A stretch of DNA of 64,000 bases from Malacoraja senta (lineage: Eukaryota): positions 310,001 to 374,000 of the forward strand of contig JAXLNO010000065.1 of NCBI GenBank assembly GCA_038087875.1, read 5' to 3'. Within the stretch, counting starts at the first letter, position 1, and every line of letters starts with the position of its first letter. A program made the translations under genes and the position numbers. Below, piece by piece: positions 47,621 to 60,509 of this stretch. A model generated the notes under the pieces. That model did no database searches and was not told the origin of the DNA. It saw only the letters and a program-made list of their open reading frames with translations.

Positions 47621-50600
47621 ACGTCTAAGGTAAAGTAATGTCTAAGATTAATGATGGTGGCGACTGGGAATGTTGTTGAGTGTCAAGGGTAGTTGCTTAG
47701 ACTCTCTCTTGTTTGACAGTCATTGCCTGGCCCTTTTGTGACCTCAATATTATTTGCCACATGTCAACCTGTGCCTAAGTGTTGTCTTGGTTCTGCTGGG
47801 TACAGTGATGTGCTGTTTAGTGGGTTGCATGTGAAATTTTGCAATCATATGTGAACATTCCTACTTCAGACATTGCAGTGGAAGGAAGGACATGGATGAA
47901 GCGGCTGAAGATGACTGGGTCCAGGACACTGTCCCGAGGTGCTCCTCAATGATGTCCTGCAGCTGTGATGTTTGACCTCTAAACACCACAACCATTGTGC
48001 TTTGTGTGAGGTTTGGCTCCATCCACTGTAGTGTTGTCCCCTTGAAGCCCAGTGACTTCTATTCACCATGGTCTCTTGGTACCACGTACAGTCACGTGCT
48101 AATTTGACATCAGGTGCAGTCACCTTCACCTCACCTCTGCAATTCAGCTCTTCGGTCCATGTTTGGAGCAAGGCCACAATGTCTGGAGCTGAATGGTTCT
48201 GGGAAAGCCCAACTGGACTTTGGTGAACAGGTAATTGGTGAGTAAAAACCACAAAAGCATTGGTAGGTGATGGGTTTCATCCCCTCACCAATGACTGAGA
48301 GTAGGAATGAGTGAGGGTAATTAGCCAGTTCTACTTGCCGTACTGCTGTGTCACCCATTCGTGAAATGGATATGGTGTTTAACAAATCTGGTGCTGAGGA
48401 GTAGCTTACAGAATAGATAGGGATATGTAGATCCAGATGATCAAAATATTAAAATGGATTGTAAGGGAAAAGCATTGTTGGTCTTGTGGGCACTGTCTCA
48501 ATATGGATGCAGGCCTGGGGAATGAAGTGAAAGTGGCCAGTTTGAATAACTGGTTCACTTTAAGTTCGTCAGGGTGCATCTATCACATTGAGACAATGAT
48601 CAGTACTGGGTCCTCAATGGAATGTTAAATGGTGGCAAACTGTAACAGCTGATGTTGAGAAGGATTTGGGTGCCAATGTGCTTGAAACAGCAAATGTCAA
48701 TATGCAGGTCCAGCAGCAGGTGGGGAAAGGTTGGTATTCACACCTATACTGAGCGTTGGTTGCTGTTGGTAAACCATGCGACTGCACCTAGAGTAGTTTC
48801 AGTCTTCATACTGAAGGAAAAATACTTGTACTTTGAAGAAAAGGAGAAAAAAGGTTCACAAGATTAACTCTTAGAATGACACCCTGTGAGAGATGTTGTG
48901 TTATGCATGGTTTATTCTCTTTTGAGTTTTAAAAAAAAGAGAAAATATCTGATTGAAACAGGTAAGATTCTGAGAGAGACTGCTGGAATGAGGTTGCTCC
49001 TCTTTGCTGAAGAAGCTTCCTCACGAAGGTGACTTCGAGGCCCCAAGTCACTGTTGGCAGATCGAGCCCAGTGATCATTACATCTCACACTGGGATGAAG
49101 GATCCAGATTTATCATGATCTTTGCCATCATCCCTACAGATGCTGGTGGAGAACCGGGGAGCTTACAGCTAAAGTTAGTTTAGGTCTTAGTCCAGGTTAG
49201 TTAGTAATGCCTCTCTCCTGACTCTCAGTCTGAAAAAGGGTCTTGGCCTGAAACGTCACCTATTTCTTTTCTCCAGAGATGCTACCCGTTGAGCTACTCC
49301 AGCATTTTGTGTCTATCTTTAGTTTAGGTTTAGGTCTATTGTTGTCATGTGTACTGAGGTACACTGAAAAGCTTGACTTTGCATGCTATGCAATCAAATA
49401 AAATAATACTATACATAAATAAATCAAGCCAAAGTGAAATACAATATGTAGAACAAGGGGAAGACACAGAGTGCAGAATACAGTTCTCAGCAATATAGCA
49501 CAAAGTTCAGGAGACAAAGTCCAATACCCGCAAGCATTGTCGGACGTATAACATAGAACAGTACAGCACAAGAACTGGTCCGTCCTTCAGCCCACAATGT
49601 CTGTGTCGAATATAATGCAAAGACCATCACAAAGTACATGTATAAATAGAATGTAACCAGTACATAACCCATATCCCTCCATTCCCTGCCTATCCAAAAG
49701 TCTTTTAATTGCTACTAATGTATCTGCTGCAACCACCACCCCCGGCATCAGTGTCACTTAAATTCATGTCCCTTGTTTTAGTGTGTGTGAAAATTGCAGA
49801 CAGTCGGTCACCACTTTAACATTGAAATTCTGCAGTTAAACTGCGAGAGTGGCCTGCTGTGCACCAGGTACATATCATACCCATAAATGTGAACCGATCC
49901 AGGGCTGCCCGGTGAACTGCAGGAAGCTGATGTTGAGAAGGATTTAGGTGCCAATGTGCATGAAGCAACAAATGTCAATATGCAGGTAGAGAAGGAGGGA
50001 AGGAAAAGATGTGGCATTCACACCTACATTAAGAGTTGGTTGCAGCTGGTCAACTGTGGGAACTAATTTCCAGTGATCGTTAACTCATACGACAATCAGC
50101 GGACCCAAAACTCGCAAATTATTTACACCAATTTCATTAAATGGGCACAATTTCTTGGAAGTACAGCAGTAAAACCCTCCTGAGTTGCTGGATTCATCCC
50201 TTTCCATGAAAACAGCTGTTTCTTTATATCTCCGTGTCTCCAGGAAGTTCATTCATCAAATCAAGGGCCATAACACTGACCTCCAAAGAATGATCGCCTG
50301 CCGCAAAACCAGACCTGTTGTTTCAATGTTATACTGCAGCCTGGAAGTGGAATAATGCAAAGCAAACCATGATCCACCCCTCTGTCTTGCACGCAGACAC
50401 TTGCTCATAGCTTGCCACCTCTGGGCAATGCTAAGATCTTACCGCACGTCACTCCAACCATGAGATGGGACATAGATCACAAACAAGGTATCCCACCCAC
50501 TCTCTGATTAAGTTACTACTCCAGACTGCGTGTGGTGGCTGTAAGGAATGAAGCCCAGCAACACAGCCTCATGTACAACCATAAGATTAGGCCTGGAATG

Positions 50601-51469
50601 TTCCCATAGCTCTAGTTACAAATCCCCACTGAGATTGCTTTTGAAGATAAATGTTTGTGTGTCATCTAGTCTTTGAAAACAATGTTTGGCAGTGCATCGT
50701 GCAAGGCGGCGTTGAACATAACCAGGTTTGAGCACTGTGTAAACTATCAGATAAGTATTAAGACGATATCTACACCGTTGTGATCATATTTCAATTATTT
50801 TAGACCTGGCAAAAGAGAACAGATCATATTCCAATTTACTGTAAAAAGATTAAGTGCAGATGACAGATCCTTGAAAGATTATGCAAGCAGGGAGTTATTT
50901 TGTATAGTAATCTCTTAAACTCAAGTTGATGCAGCTTGATATGTTTAAAACTTGAATTCACTCCCGGGTCTCTGTTATTCTATATATAAACAACACAAAT
51001 CCCTCAATTAGATTCCATTGTGAAAATCACTCCTGGGTATCTGTTATTCTAAGAATAAACTCCCGAACCCCTCAATTATATTCCTGTCCGTAGCACACTC
51101 CTGGATATCTGATATTCTGTCTTTAAGCGTTCTGAATCACTTGATTAGATTCCAGTCTATAACTCACGAACAGACTCCCAGATATCTGTCATACTATATA
51201 TAACCCTCCCTAATCTCTTGATTAGTTTCCAACCTGTAATTCACTCTCGTATATCTGTTATTCTATAAATAAGCATCCAAACCCCGCAATTAGATTTGAA
51301 TCGTTATCTCATTGCTGGATATCTGTTATTTAGTTTAGTTTAGTTTAATTGTTCAGTTGTTTAGTTTAGTTGAGTTTAGTTGAGTTGAAGGTAGACACAA
51401 AATGCTGGAGTAACTCAGTGGGCCAGGCTGCATCTCTGGAGAGAAGGAATGGGTTGAATTGAGTTGAGT

Positions 51470-51771
51470 TTAGTTTAGTTTAGTTTTCATATGTTTAGTT
51501 TAGAGATACAGTGCGGAAACAGGCCCTTTGGCCCACCGAGTCCGTACCGACCAGCGGCCCTCGTACACTTGCACTATCCTACGCACTAGGGACAATTTAC
51601 AATTTTTACCGAAGCCAATTAACATATAAACCTTTGGAGTGCGGGAGGAGACCGGAGCACCCGCAGAAAACCTACTCGGTCACAGGGAAATGTACAAACT
51701 CCATACAGACAGCACCCACAGCCAGGATTGAACCCGATCAGCAACTCTACCCTTGCGCCACTGCGCCACCC
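51470..51771 (-). mobile_element. HE1-like SINE
   Basis: Reverse-complement SINE with (GTTTA)n tail. Confidence 0.85.
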
Positions 51772-51777
51772 TAATTA

Positions 51778-52789
51778 TCTATATATTATAAAAAAGCTCG
51801 ACTTGTTTGTCTGTCTGTGATCTCAGGAGCTACGCCAAAATGGTACACATTAGCGCAATTTTTTTTGCAGAATCTTACTCAGCTTTTTCCCATGGTCGTT
51901 CATATCAAGTTTCTTCACATTTGATGTTATATTTCATGTTATTGATATGTAAAGTTAAAAAAAAAAACAACATTGAGAATAATAACTGACTGCGAGAGTG
52001 GGAATTTTCTAGCAGTTTCCAGTGATGATGTCACAATGGCATCTCACAGTCGTCCAATCACAGTGGGATCTCATTTACATACGCTGCCGTGAACATTCCG
52101 ACAACCGAAAATGACATCACAATGTGATCTCTGCTGCCAATACACAAGCTATGAGAGTTGATGGAGTGGGGATGGGAGGAGAAGAAATGTTACTTGAACA
52201 TTGTCGTTAGTGGGAGAGTGCGAAAGGGGAGAGGTGAGGGAGGGAATGACTGAGGGTAGGGAAAAGGAGAGGGAAGGAGAGGTGACAGAGAGACAATGAG
52301 ATCAGCAGCTTCAAGGGGAGTAAGGAGAGAGTGAGATTTTTGCCCCCCCCCACGTGGCTCAAGGGAGCGCCGACGCCGACCCAAAAGTTGAGTCCATTCA
52401 TTGGCTCCGTGAAGCGCTGACTGCCCCCCCCCCCCCATGTGGGAAGGATTGATTGCGTTGGGGGAACGGGTGAGTGGTGGAAACCGGTTGCGTTGGGGAA
52501 ACGGGTGAGTGGTGGAATATTGCGTTGGGGAAACAGGGCCCAACGGGTCAGGGGGATAGCCCCCTGCGCAGTTGGGGGCTATGGGTGAGTGGTGGAAGAT
52601 TGCCTTGGGCGAACGGGTTACATTGGGGGAAGGGGTGATGTGGGTGATTGGCTCCGGGGGTCGCCTATCTCCGGGGTGAGCGCCAATGGCGCGTTCGGCG
52701 ACCCGCCCTCCCATGTGACGCCGCGTCGCTCCCCCACCTCCCCCCCCCCGCGTTGGGGGATGGTGCCCAACGGGTCCCACTCGGTCTAG
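51778..52789 (+). mobile_element. Non-autonomous Helitron-like element
   Basis: 5' TCTATATATTATAAAA followed by a (TGTC)n-like tract; 3' CCCAACGGG mini-hairpin then CTAG; inserted between A and T with no TSD. Confidence 0.7.
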
Positions 52790-52919
52790 TTGTAGTTCTA
52801 GATGTAATTTCACCTAAACCCCCTTGATTCGATTCCAAACTGTAATTCACTAATTTACTCCTAAATATTTGTTATTCTCTGTTTAATTCCCCTTACAACT
52901 TGTTTAGATTTTTGAGTAA

Positions 52920-53259
52920 AGCCCCTGGTCCACTTTCCCGAGTTACTCACGAATTCTCCCGAGTTTTCTCCTTGCTTCAAACTCGAAGAATGTCCGTAGC
53001 GAGTCTGTAAGAGTCCGTAGCGAGTCCGTAGGAGGCCGTAGGCGTCCGTAGATATTTCGTAGTGACTCGTAATGCCAGCCGTAGGAACTCGGGGCATCAG
53101 GTAAGTCGGGACGTTTGTTCAACATGTTGAAAAATGTCCACGAGTAAAAGAAATAGCCCCGAGTACCTACGAACGGCTATTACCGTAATTCTTCGAGTTT
53201 GAATCAAGGGGAAAACTCGGGAGAATTCGTGAGTAACTTGGGAAAGTGGGACAGGGGCT
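52920..53259. mobile_element. PIF/Harbinger-like MITE
   Basis: About 70-bp TIRs (AGCCCCTGGTCCACTTTCCCGAGTTACTCACGAATTCTCCCGAG... / ...CTCGGGAGAATTCGTGAGTAACTTGGGAAAGTGGGACAGGGGCT) and perfect TAA/TAA TSD. Confidence 0.9.
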
Positions 53260-53430
53260 TAACTCACTGCTGGATGTCTGTTATTCAATATATAATCCCC
53301 TTGAACCCTCCTCAATTAGATTCCAATCTTTAATTCACCAAGTAACTCCCGGTATCCGTTTTGCTCTGTATCCCTCGATTAGATTCCAGCCTATAATTTT
53401 GCCTGTGGGTATCTTATTTATTTGCAACTC

Positions 53431-53860
53431 TCATAAAGTCATAAGGTCATAAGTGATTGGAGCAGAAATAGGCCATTCGGCCCATCAAGTCTACTCCACC
53501 ATTCAATCATGGCTGATCTAACCCCATTCTCCTGCCTAATCCCCCAAACCCCTGACACCCGTACTAATCAAGAATCTATCAATCTCTGCTTTAAAAATAT
53601 CCACTGACTTGGCCTCAAGTCAATGGATATTTTTAAAGCAGAGATAGATAGATCCTTGATTAATACGGGTGTCAGGAGTTATTGATTAGTTCTGTGGCAG
53701 AGATTAGTTCTGTCACAAAGAATTCCACAGATTTACCACCCTCTGATTCAATAAATTCCTCCTCATCTCCTTCCTAAAGGAATGTCCTTTAATTCTGAGG
53801 CTATGACCAAGACTCTCCCACTAGTGGAAACATCTTCTCCACATCCACTCTATCCAAGCC
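53431..53860 (-). mobile_element. CR1 3' fragment containing a fold-back inversion
   Basis: CR1 tail; inverted duplication at 53551-53676. Confidence 0.8.
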
Positions 53861-54094
53861 TCTCTGTTTGATTTTAGTTTGCAGCACAATCTTGGTCACC
53901 TGATTTTCTCTTCACAAGCTACAAGCTCTGTCAGTGTTCAGTATGTGCCACCTTGTGCCCCCCTCCCCCACTTGATGTAGTTCTCTCCTTGATTTCCACC
54001 ACATTCTGCTCATCCCGTTGCATAAGTAGCCCCCAGATAGCTTCTGTGACTGACATAATCATGGAGCAGGCTTGCTGCAGAAAAAGTGTGCAGA

Positions 54095-54312
54095 TAGGAA
54101 CTGCCGATGCTGGTTTATACTGAAGATAGATACAAAGTGCTGGAGTAACTCAGCGGGTCAGGCAGCATCTCTGGAGAGCTGACGTTTCGGGCCGGGACCC
54201 TTCTTTAAACGTTCATTCTGAAGAAGGGTCCCATCCCAAAATGTCATCCATCCTCTTTCTCCAGAGATGCTGCCTCATCCGCTGAGTTACTCCGGCATTT
54301 TGTGTCGATCTT
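54095..54312. mobile_element. Inverted pair of Penelope-derived tails
   Basis: GCTGGAGTAACTCAGCGGGTCAGGCAGCATCTCTGGAG...TGACGTTTCGGGCCGGGACCCTTCTT followed by the same motif in the opposite orientation. Confidence 0.7.
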
Positions 54313-57300
54313 TGATGCAGAACAACTTGCCCATGGTGTTTAGAATTTGAAGTTTTTTCGTTTGACTGTCAGTCTCTGATTCTCAAGGAGCAACAATAGT
54401 TTTAGTTTAGTTTAATTTAGAGATACAGCGCAGAAACAGGCCCTTCGGACAACTGGTTCCACGCTGACCAGCGATCCCCATACACTTGCACTATCTTGCA
54501 CCAGGGGCAATTTTCAATCTTTACTGAAGCCAATTAACCTACAAACTTGTACGTCTTTGGAGTGTGGGAGACTCTGCTCCCAGGGAAAACCCACGCGGTC
54601 ACAGGGAGAATGTACAGGATGGAACCCGGATCATTGGTGCTGTAAGGCAGCAGCTCTACCACTGCATGACTGAGCGCATAGTGGAAACCTCCATTATATT
54701 CACATGCCGGCTACTCACTGAACAGACCCTGCCTCTACACAGCAGCTGAGAGCTGATTGTGATGGGTGTTGTAAACAGCTGTGGCCCAGGATGCTCCAGA
54801 CTCCTTGCTGCTGCTCCTCCGCTTATCCATGTGAGTCTGATGAGGACAAGCACCAGCCTGATCTGTCTTGAGTTGTCAGCGAAACGGGCTTAAAAATTAA
54901 AGGTATCTATCATCTGAGTGAAGGGATACAAAGCGATGACTAATGGGCAGTGCGATGTGTGTGTGTGTAGCTGGCAGTTCAGGGCAGCTTGTGCAAGAGG
55001 AGCAGGGCAGGGCAGAGACAGAAGGGCGCGCTGTAGGGATCCAGCCTGGGCCTAGTCTCACAAGCCTGCCTGCAACTAACTCAACCTGACAGCTCCGAGC
55101 TGGAGAGTGGGGCACTGCTTCTGCTGGAGAAGTCTTAATTAGCACCGGTGCAAGCGCGGGCATGCAGGGGTGCGGGGCTGCTTGCGACGGCCTCATCTGC
55201 CTCCCCTAGCCGGACGGCAACGTGGGAAGCTCATTAGCAACGCAGTCTGACAATGGGGCTCCCAGCTCGGTATGAAAGGCCACACCGTGGCAGTGAGGCC
55301 ACAGTCACCGGTCCGGGGGTGGGAGGGAGGAGGACGGGCTATTCCATCCATTATTATGGGCCTGTAGTTCTGACTTGCCCAGTGGGAACCTCTGGCCCCC
55401 ATCTCCCTGTGGACACATGCCAGGGAAATGGGCTGCGGAGTGTCTGGGCCCCTGTTCGTGCTACCTGGACCACGGGCAGATGTCACAGAGCATTCGTAGT
55501 TTAGTTTAGTTTAGTTTAATTTAGTTTAGAGATTCAGTGCGAAGCAGCCCACAAAACTGTACGTCTTTGGAGCGTGGGCGGAAACCGGAGCACCCGGAGA
55601 AAACCCACATAGGTCACGGGGTGAACGTACAAACTCCATACAGAAAGCACCCGCAGTCAGGATGGAACCAGGGTCTCTGGAGCTGTGAGGCAGCAACTGT
55701 ACCACTGGGCCACCGTTCCATCCAGAAGTGCTGGAGCTGATGGGACAAAGGCAGCTACTTTCCTCCAGCTTTAGTCCAACAGTTCCTTCGTCTGCAGCTC
55801 CTACATTTTAGCATGGCCTTGGCTGGCCAGTTGGACAAGTCATCCATACTACAACCGATCTGAGGCTCCATTGTGGAGGGGTGTTATCAATTGTTCAATA
55901 GTACTTTATTGTCACATGTACCGAGCTACAGTGAAATTCTTTCCTTGCATACAATTCAGTAAGAGTATTACATACTTCGATAAGTGCAAGTGAATATCAA
56001 TAGTACACTGAGTCAGTGTACAGTGTGTTTTGGCAAAGTTTTTCACAATTCAAGTCCATTATATGTGTAGAGTTTTTGACTTGACTATAAAGGCCCGTTG
56101 TCCCTGCTGTGTTGTCTGGCCAGGCGATGCCATTGATATCCTCCATTATTGCTCCACCTCTCCGTGCGCTGCAGGCCGCGTCTGATCTACACGCTCAGCC
56201 TCTTGGAGCAGTGTCCGATCCAGTCGAGCCCCAGGCTGCTGCAGGGCCTCCAGCAGCCCACTCCACCATCACCTCGATCAGGATCCACACATCGGCCTGC
56301 GAACTGTCATCCCTCACCTCACCCTGCCACCGTTCAATCTTCGTGCCCCGGAGGAGCCTCCCGCAGCCGACCCCGGATCACCCGGAGCATTTGTGAGAGC
56401 ATGGGAGGTAAGATACCAATCCGTTTACAGGGTTCACTAGGAATCCTTCCACCATCCCAAAGAGGAGCGGGGTGGTAGGTGAAGCAGCCACTGGAACTTG
56501 TCCCGAGTGAGGGGAAGAATATGGAAGGAGTTGATGGGAATGTGGGGAGAATTTAAAAATATAATAATATAAAATTAGACTAAATGGGTGGTTGATGGAT
56601 GGAAAAAAACTAGGTGGGTCAAAGTGCCTTGTTTCCATGCTCCATATCTCTATGACACTGTGTGTTATCAACAGTTGCACCATGGCTGGGTGGTATCCCG
56701 GCTCAGTGCAGGTACTTGGCACATTTACTGTGGCATGAAGCCAACCTGTGTCAAAGTGGCATTATGGTCATCCTGGGGCATTGCAGGCACCAGGCTCGGT
56801 CAACGTGGGTGAGGTTCTAGTCAGTGTGTCTTCTTGACATCGAGGTCCTGTATCAATGTGTTGTGCTTGTGCCGTTAACAGGGCCACAGGATGGCAAAGG
56901 TTGGCGTGGCCCTACAACTGTCAAGATGGCCGGGAGTTGTGCTGCGTCATAGTAAGTTGTTGACATTGTAACCAGAGCAGGATGTTGTTCTATGTCAATG
57001 CAAGCTCCTGGCATTGTTCATGGGCACTTTGTCATGTTGGTATATTAGTCATAACAGGGTTTGGTATTGATTTGTTATTGTCACCTGTACCAAGATGCAG
57101 TGAAAAACGTTGCTTTGCATGCGATCCATCTAAATCATCCAGACATGATTACAGTAATACCAGTGTGTAAAAGAGGTATAAAAATATATATAATACAAGT
57201 GCAAAAAGAGAGAGGAAATTAGCGCAGGATATGGTGTTACAGCTAAAGAGTGCAATAAAAAAAAGTGTAAGTGCCACAACAAGATAGACTGAGGGGTTTT

Positions 57301-57499
57301 CAGAATACTTATGAGAGATCTGTTCAAGAGGCGATAACAATGGTGAAGATGTTCATATGTTCATGTGATTGGAGCAGAAATAGGCCTATACGACTCATCA
57401 AGTCTACGCCACCATTCAATTATGGCTGATCTATCTTTCCATTTCAACCCCATTCTCCTGCCTTCTCCCCATAACCCCTGACACCCATACTAATCAAAG

Positions 57500-58880
57500 T
57501 TATTCTTGAATCTGGTGGTATGTGCTTTATAGCACACCTGTTTGGTACCTTCTGCCCAACAGGAGAAGTAAGAAGAGGGAATGACGGGGTGAAATGGTTC
57601 TTGATTATGTTGGCTGCTTTCCCGAGGCATTGTGTGGGAAGTGTTGATTGAGTCAATGGTGAGGGAGAGGCAGGTTTGCATGATGTACTGGGCTGTGTCC
57701 ACAGCTTGCTGCAATTTCTTGTGGTCTTGGGAAGAGTAGTTGCCAAATCACATTATGATGCATCCTATCAGAATTCTATAGAAATTGGTAAGAGTCATTT
57801 AAGATCTGCTGAATTTCTTTAGTCTTCTGAGAAAGTGGTAATGGTATTTTCTTGGCCATAATGTCAAATTGACTGCACCAGGGCAAATTGTTGGTAATAT
57901 TTTTGGCTAGTAACTTAAAATCCTCGACCATCTCCACTTTAACACGACTGATGTAGATTGGGGAGTGTACTCCAACCCACTATCTGAAGACGATGACTAG
58001 CTCCTTCATTTTTTTGACATTGAGGGAGAGGTTGTTGTTTTGACACCATGTTACTAAGCTTTCTATCTCTTTCCTGTATGCTATCATGAGATTGTTTGAG
58101 ATTTGCTTTACTACGGTGGTGGCATCTGCAAATTTGTGAATGGAATTAGAGCAGAATTTGGCTGCACAGTTGTGAGTGCATAGGGAGTATAGTAAGGGGC
58201 TGAGAACACATCTTTGCAGGGTACTAATGTTGGGAATTATGTAAGAGGATGTTTTTGTCGCCTGTCTTTCCTGATTGCAATCTATGGATCAGGAAGTTGA
58301 GGATCTGGGCGGCACGGTGGCGTAGCAGGAAGAGCTGCTGCCTTACAGCACCAGAGATCCAGTTTTGATCCTGACTATGGGTGCTGTCTGTAGAAAGTTT
58401 GTATGTTCTCCCTGTGACCTGCATGGGTTTTGGTTTCCTCCCACAATCCAAAGACGTGTGGGAGGTTAGGTTTGTAGGTTAATTGGCTTGGTATAAATGT
58501 AAAATTGTCCCTGGTGTGTGGAGGCTAGTGTTAATGTGTGCGGGATCGCTGGTCGGTGCGGACTCGATGGGCCGAAGGGCCTGTTTCCGCACTGTATCTC
58601 TAAAACTAAAACTAAATCTAGAATGCAAAGGGGTTTGCAGACTCATAAATCCAGGAGTTTGGACATGAATTTTGGTTGGGATGATAGAGTTGAAGGCAAA
58701 GTTATAGTCAATGAGTAAGTCTGATGTAGGAGCCTTGCTATCCAGATATTCCCAGGAGGAGTGTAGGATCAGGAAAACGGCATCAGCCATGGATCTGTTG
58801 CGACAGTGGGCAAATTGCTATGGATTGAGTTTGTGTGGGAGGCTGGAGTTCATGTGCACCATCATCATTCCCGCAAAGGA
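57500..58880 (-). mobile_element. Old Rex1/Babar-like LINE split by an HE1-like SINE (58308-58618, +)
   Basis: LIDYNFAFNSIIP.K, KFADATT and LGKAANIIK remnants. Confidence 0.65.
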
Positions 58881-58887
58881 TTTCATG

Positions 58888-59150
58888 ACAATAATAATAA
58901 TAATGAATTTTATTTATGGGCGCCTTATACCGAGGTCTCAAGGACACCTTACAGAGATTTATGGTTAACATATAATCAGAATAATCAGAATTTAAAAAAA
59001 ATAAGTTATAAAGGCCAATACACAAATCAGGGACAGAATTCCTTCCAAAAACACAAAAAAGAAAAGCAAGCATATCCCTCTTTAAGTAAAGATACCGAAA
59101 CTCTACCCAATTATCCATACACATAGTCCTAACAACACCATATATAAATT
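58888..59150 (-). mobile_element. L2-type 3' tail fragment
   Basis: (ATA)n-GAATTTTATTTATGGGCGCC...CTCAAGGACACCTTACA, resembling the reverse complement of the tail at 9629. Confidence 0.5.
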
Positions 59151-59875
59151 AAACAAGACTTCCCCACTTTTGTGATCTATTTACCTTGCATTAAAGACCA
59201 ACATACTTCCTAGCCTTCCTAAACACTTCATGTACCTCTACACTGACCTTTGAAATAAAACTAAAAATGCTGGAAACAGCAGGTCAGGCAGCATCTGTGA
59301 AGAGAAACAGATATTTCGGGTCTGGGAACCTTGAGTAAAATGAAGAAAGAGAATATACAAGTTTGTTTTCAGTAGCATAGAAGGATGGGGAGGTATGGAT
59401 AGAACAAATGGGAATATCTCTGATAGAATGATAGAATGTCAAATGACAATGTGGCAGCTTAGGGGAAGTTAAAACCTGATCAATGCTCTATGAGCATGTA
59501 AAGTGTTTCTTACAACACTGATGTAAGGTGGGGTGGGTGGGATATGCCCAGCACACCAGATTTCACAAAGCAAAAAGTGAAAGAGCAAAAAAATAATGAA
59601 CAGAAAAATTGATGGAAAACATGAAGCCAAATCGCTGGCAGGCAGACATGGGGGAAATGGATGTACAAGGGCATCCAGATCTCTGAACCGAATCATTCTG
59701 CAGCCTCCCTCCATGTAAACAATATTCAACTTTTCTAAATCTTCCCACTATTTTTCCACAATACACCCCATCGGGCATGTTTATGCTTTAATCATTATTG
59801 TTACAAAATGCAAGCTCTCTTTCAAAGCTTTTAACAGAGTCCAGAGTCCCTTGCCTGTTATGGTCAGTGATCCTG

Positions 59876-60100
59876 TCCTGGCAGGCTGGGTCTCGAACCC
59901 TTGGTGCCAGTGGTCCTGGCAGGCTGGGTCTCGCACCCTTGGTGCCAGTGGTCTTGCAGGCTGGGTCTTGAGCCCTTGGTGCCAGTGGTCCTGGCAGGCT
60001 GGGTCTCGAACCCTTGGTGCCAGTGGTCTTGCAGGCTGGGTCTACAGCCCTTGGTGACAGTGGTCTTGCAGGCTGGGTCTCGAACCCTTGGTGCCGGTGG
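59876..60100. repeat. Minisatellite, six 37-38-bp units
   Basis: Unit TCCTGGCAGGCTGGGTCTCGAACCCTTGGTGCCAGTGG repeated head to tail without spacers. Confidence 0.95.
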
Positions 60101-60509
60101 AAGGAGGACTTGTGGCCAGGACAGATGGCCTGAGTAGGAGCTGGCAGCTCCAAGTGACAGGCTGGCTGATCTATCGGAGCTGAAGGCAGCGTGCCGGGAC
60201 ACCGGCTGAGAGTGCTACATTGGAAGTCTGTGGGAATGTGTGAAGATGCTGGTTCTAAGGCTCAGCTGAGGGCATGGCATGCATCAGCATTGTGGCAGTG
60301 TGGGCATGCAGAAGGCTGGCACGGGAAGCCCAACTGCCAGAACCCATCAGCCGTCAGGAGGCCAGGGCTCAGTCCCTTTAAACCTACTGCGGAAGCTTGT
60401 TGTTTCAATGCCCGTGTTTGTGTGTGGGTCATTGTCAGCATTTCCACTTGGTCCATTCATCTACCTACCTCACTTGTATTTGTGAGTTGTGAGTATCTGC
60501 ATGCATTCT

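Larger units (their letters stand above)
45975..48420 (-). mobile_element. Old LINE broken into pieces (about 45975-46160, 46710-46992, 47640-48420) by younger SINE and CR1 insertions
   Basis: QNHSAPDIVALLQTWTEELNCRGEVKVTA.DVK RT-like stretch in ORF 47866-48252. Confidence 0.55.
50955..53430. repeat. About 68-69-bp degenerate minisatellite, interrupted by several insertions
   Basis: Unit like CACTCCCGGGTATCTGTTATTCTATATATAAAC...CCCTCAATTAGATTCCA at 50959, 51028, 51096 and onward; resumes at about 52790-52919 and 53260-53430. Confidence 0.8.

Noticed and set aside
59876..60100. CRISPR-like array
   Set aside because: Units are contiguous with no unique spacers, no cas genes are present, and the context is eukaryotic.
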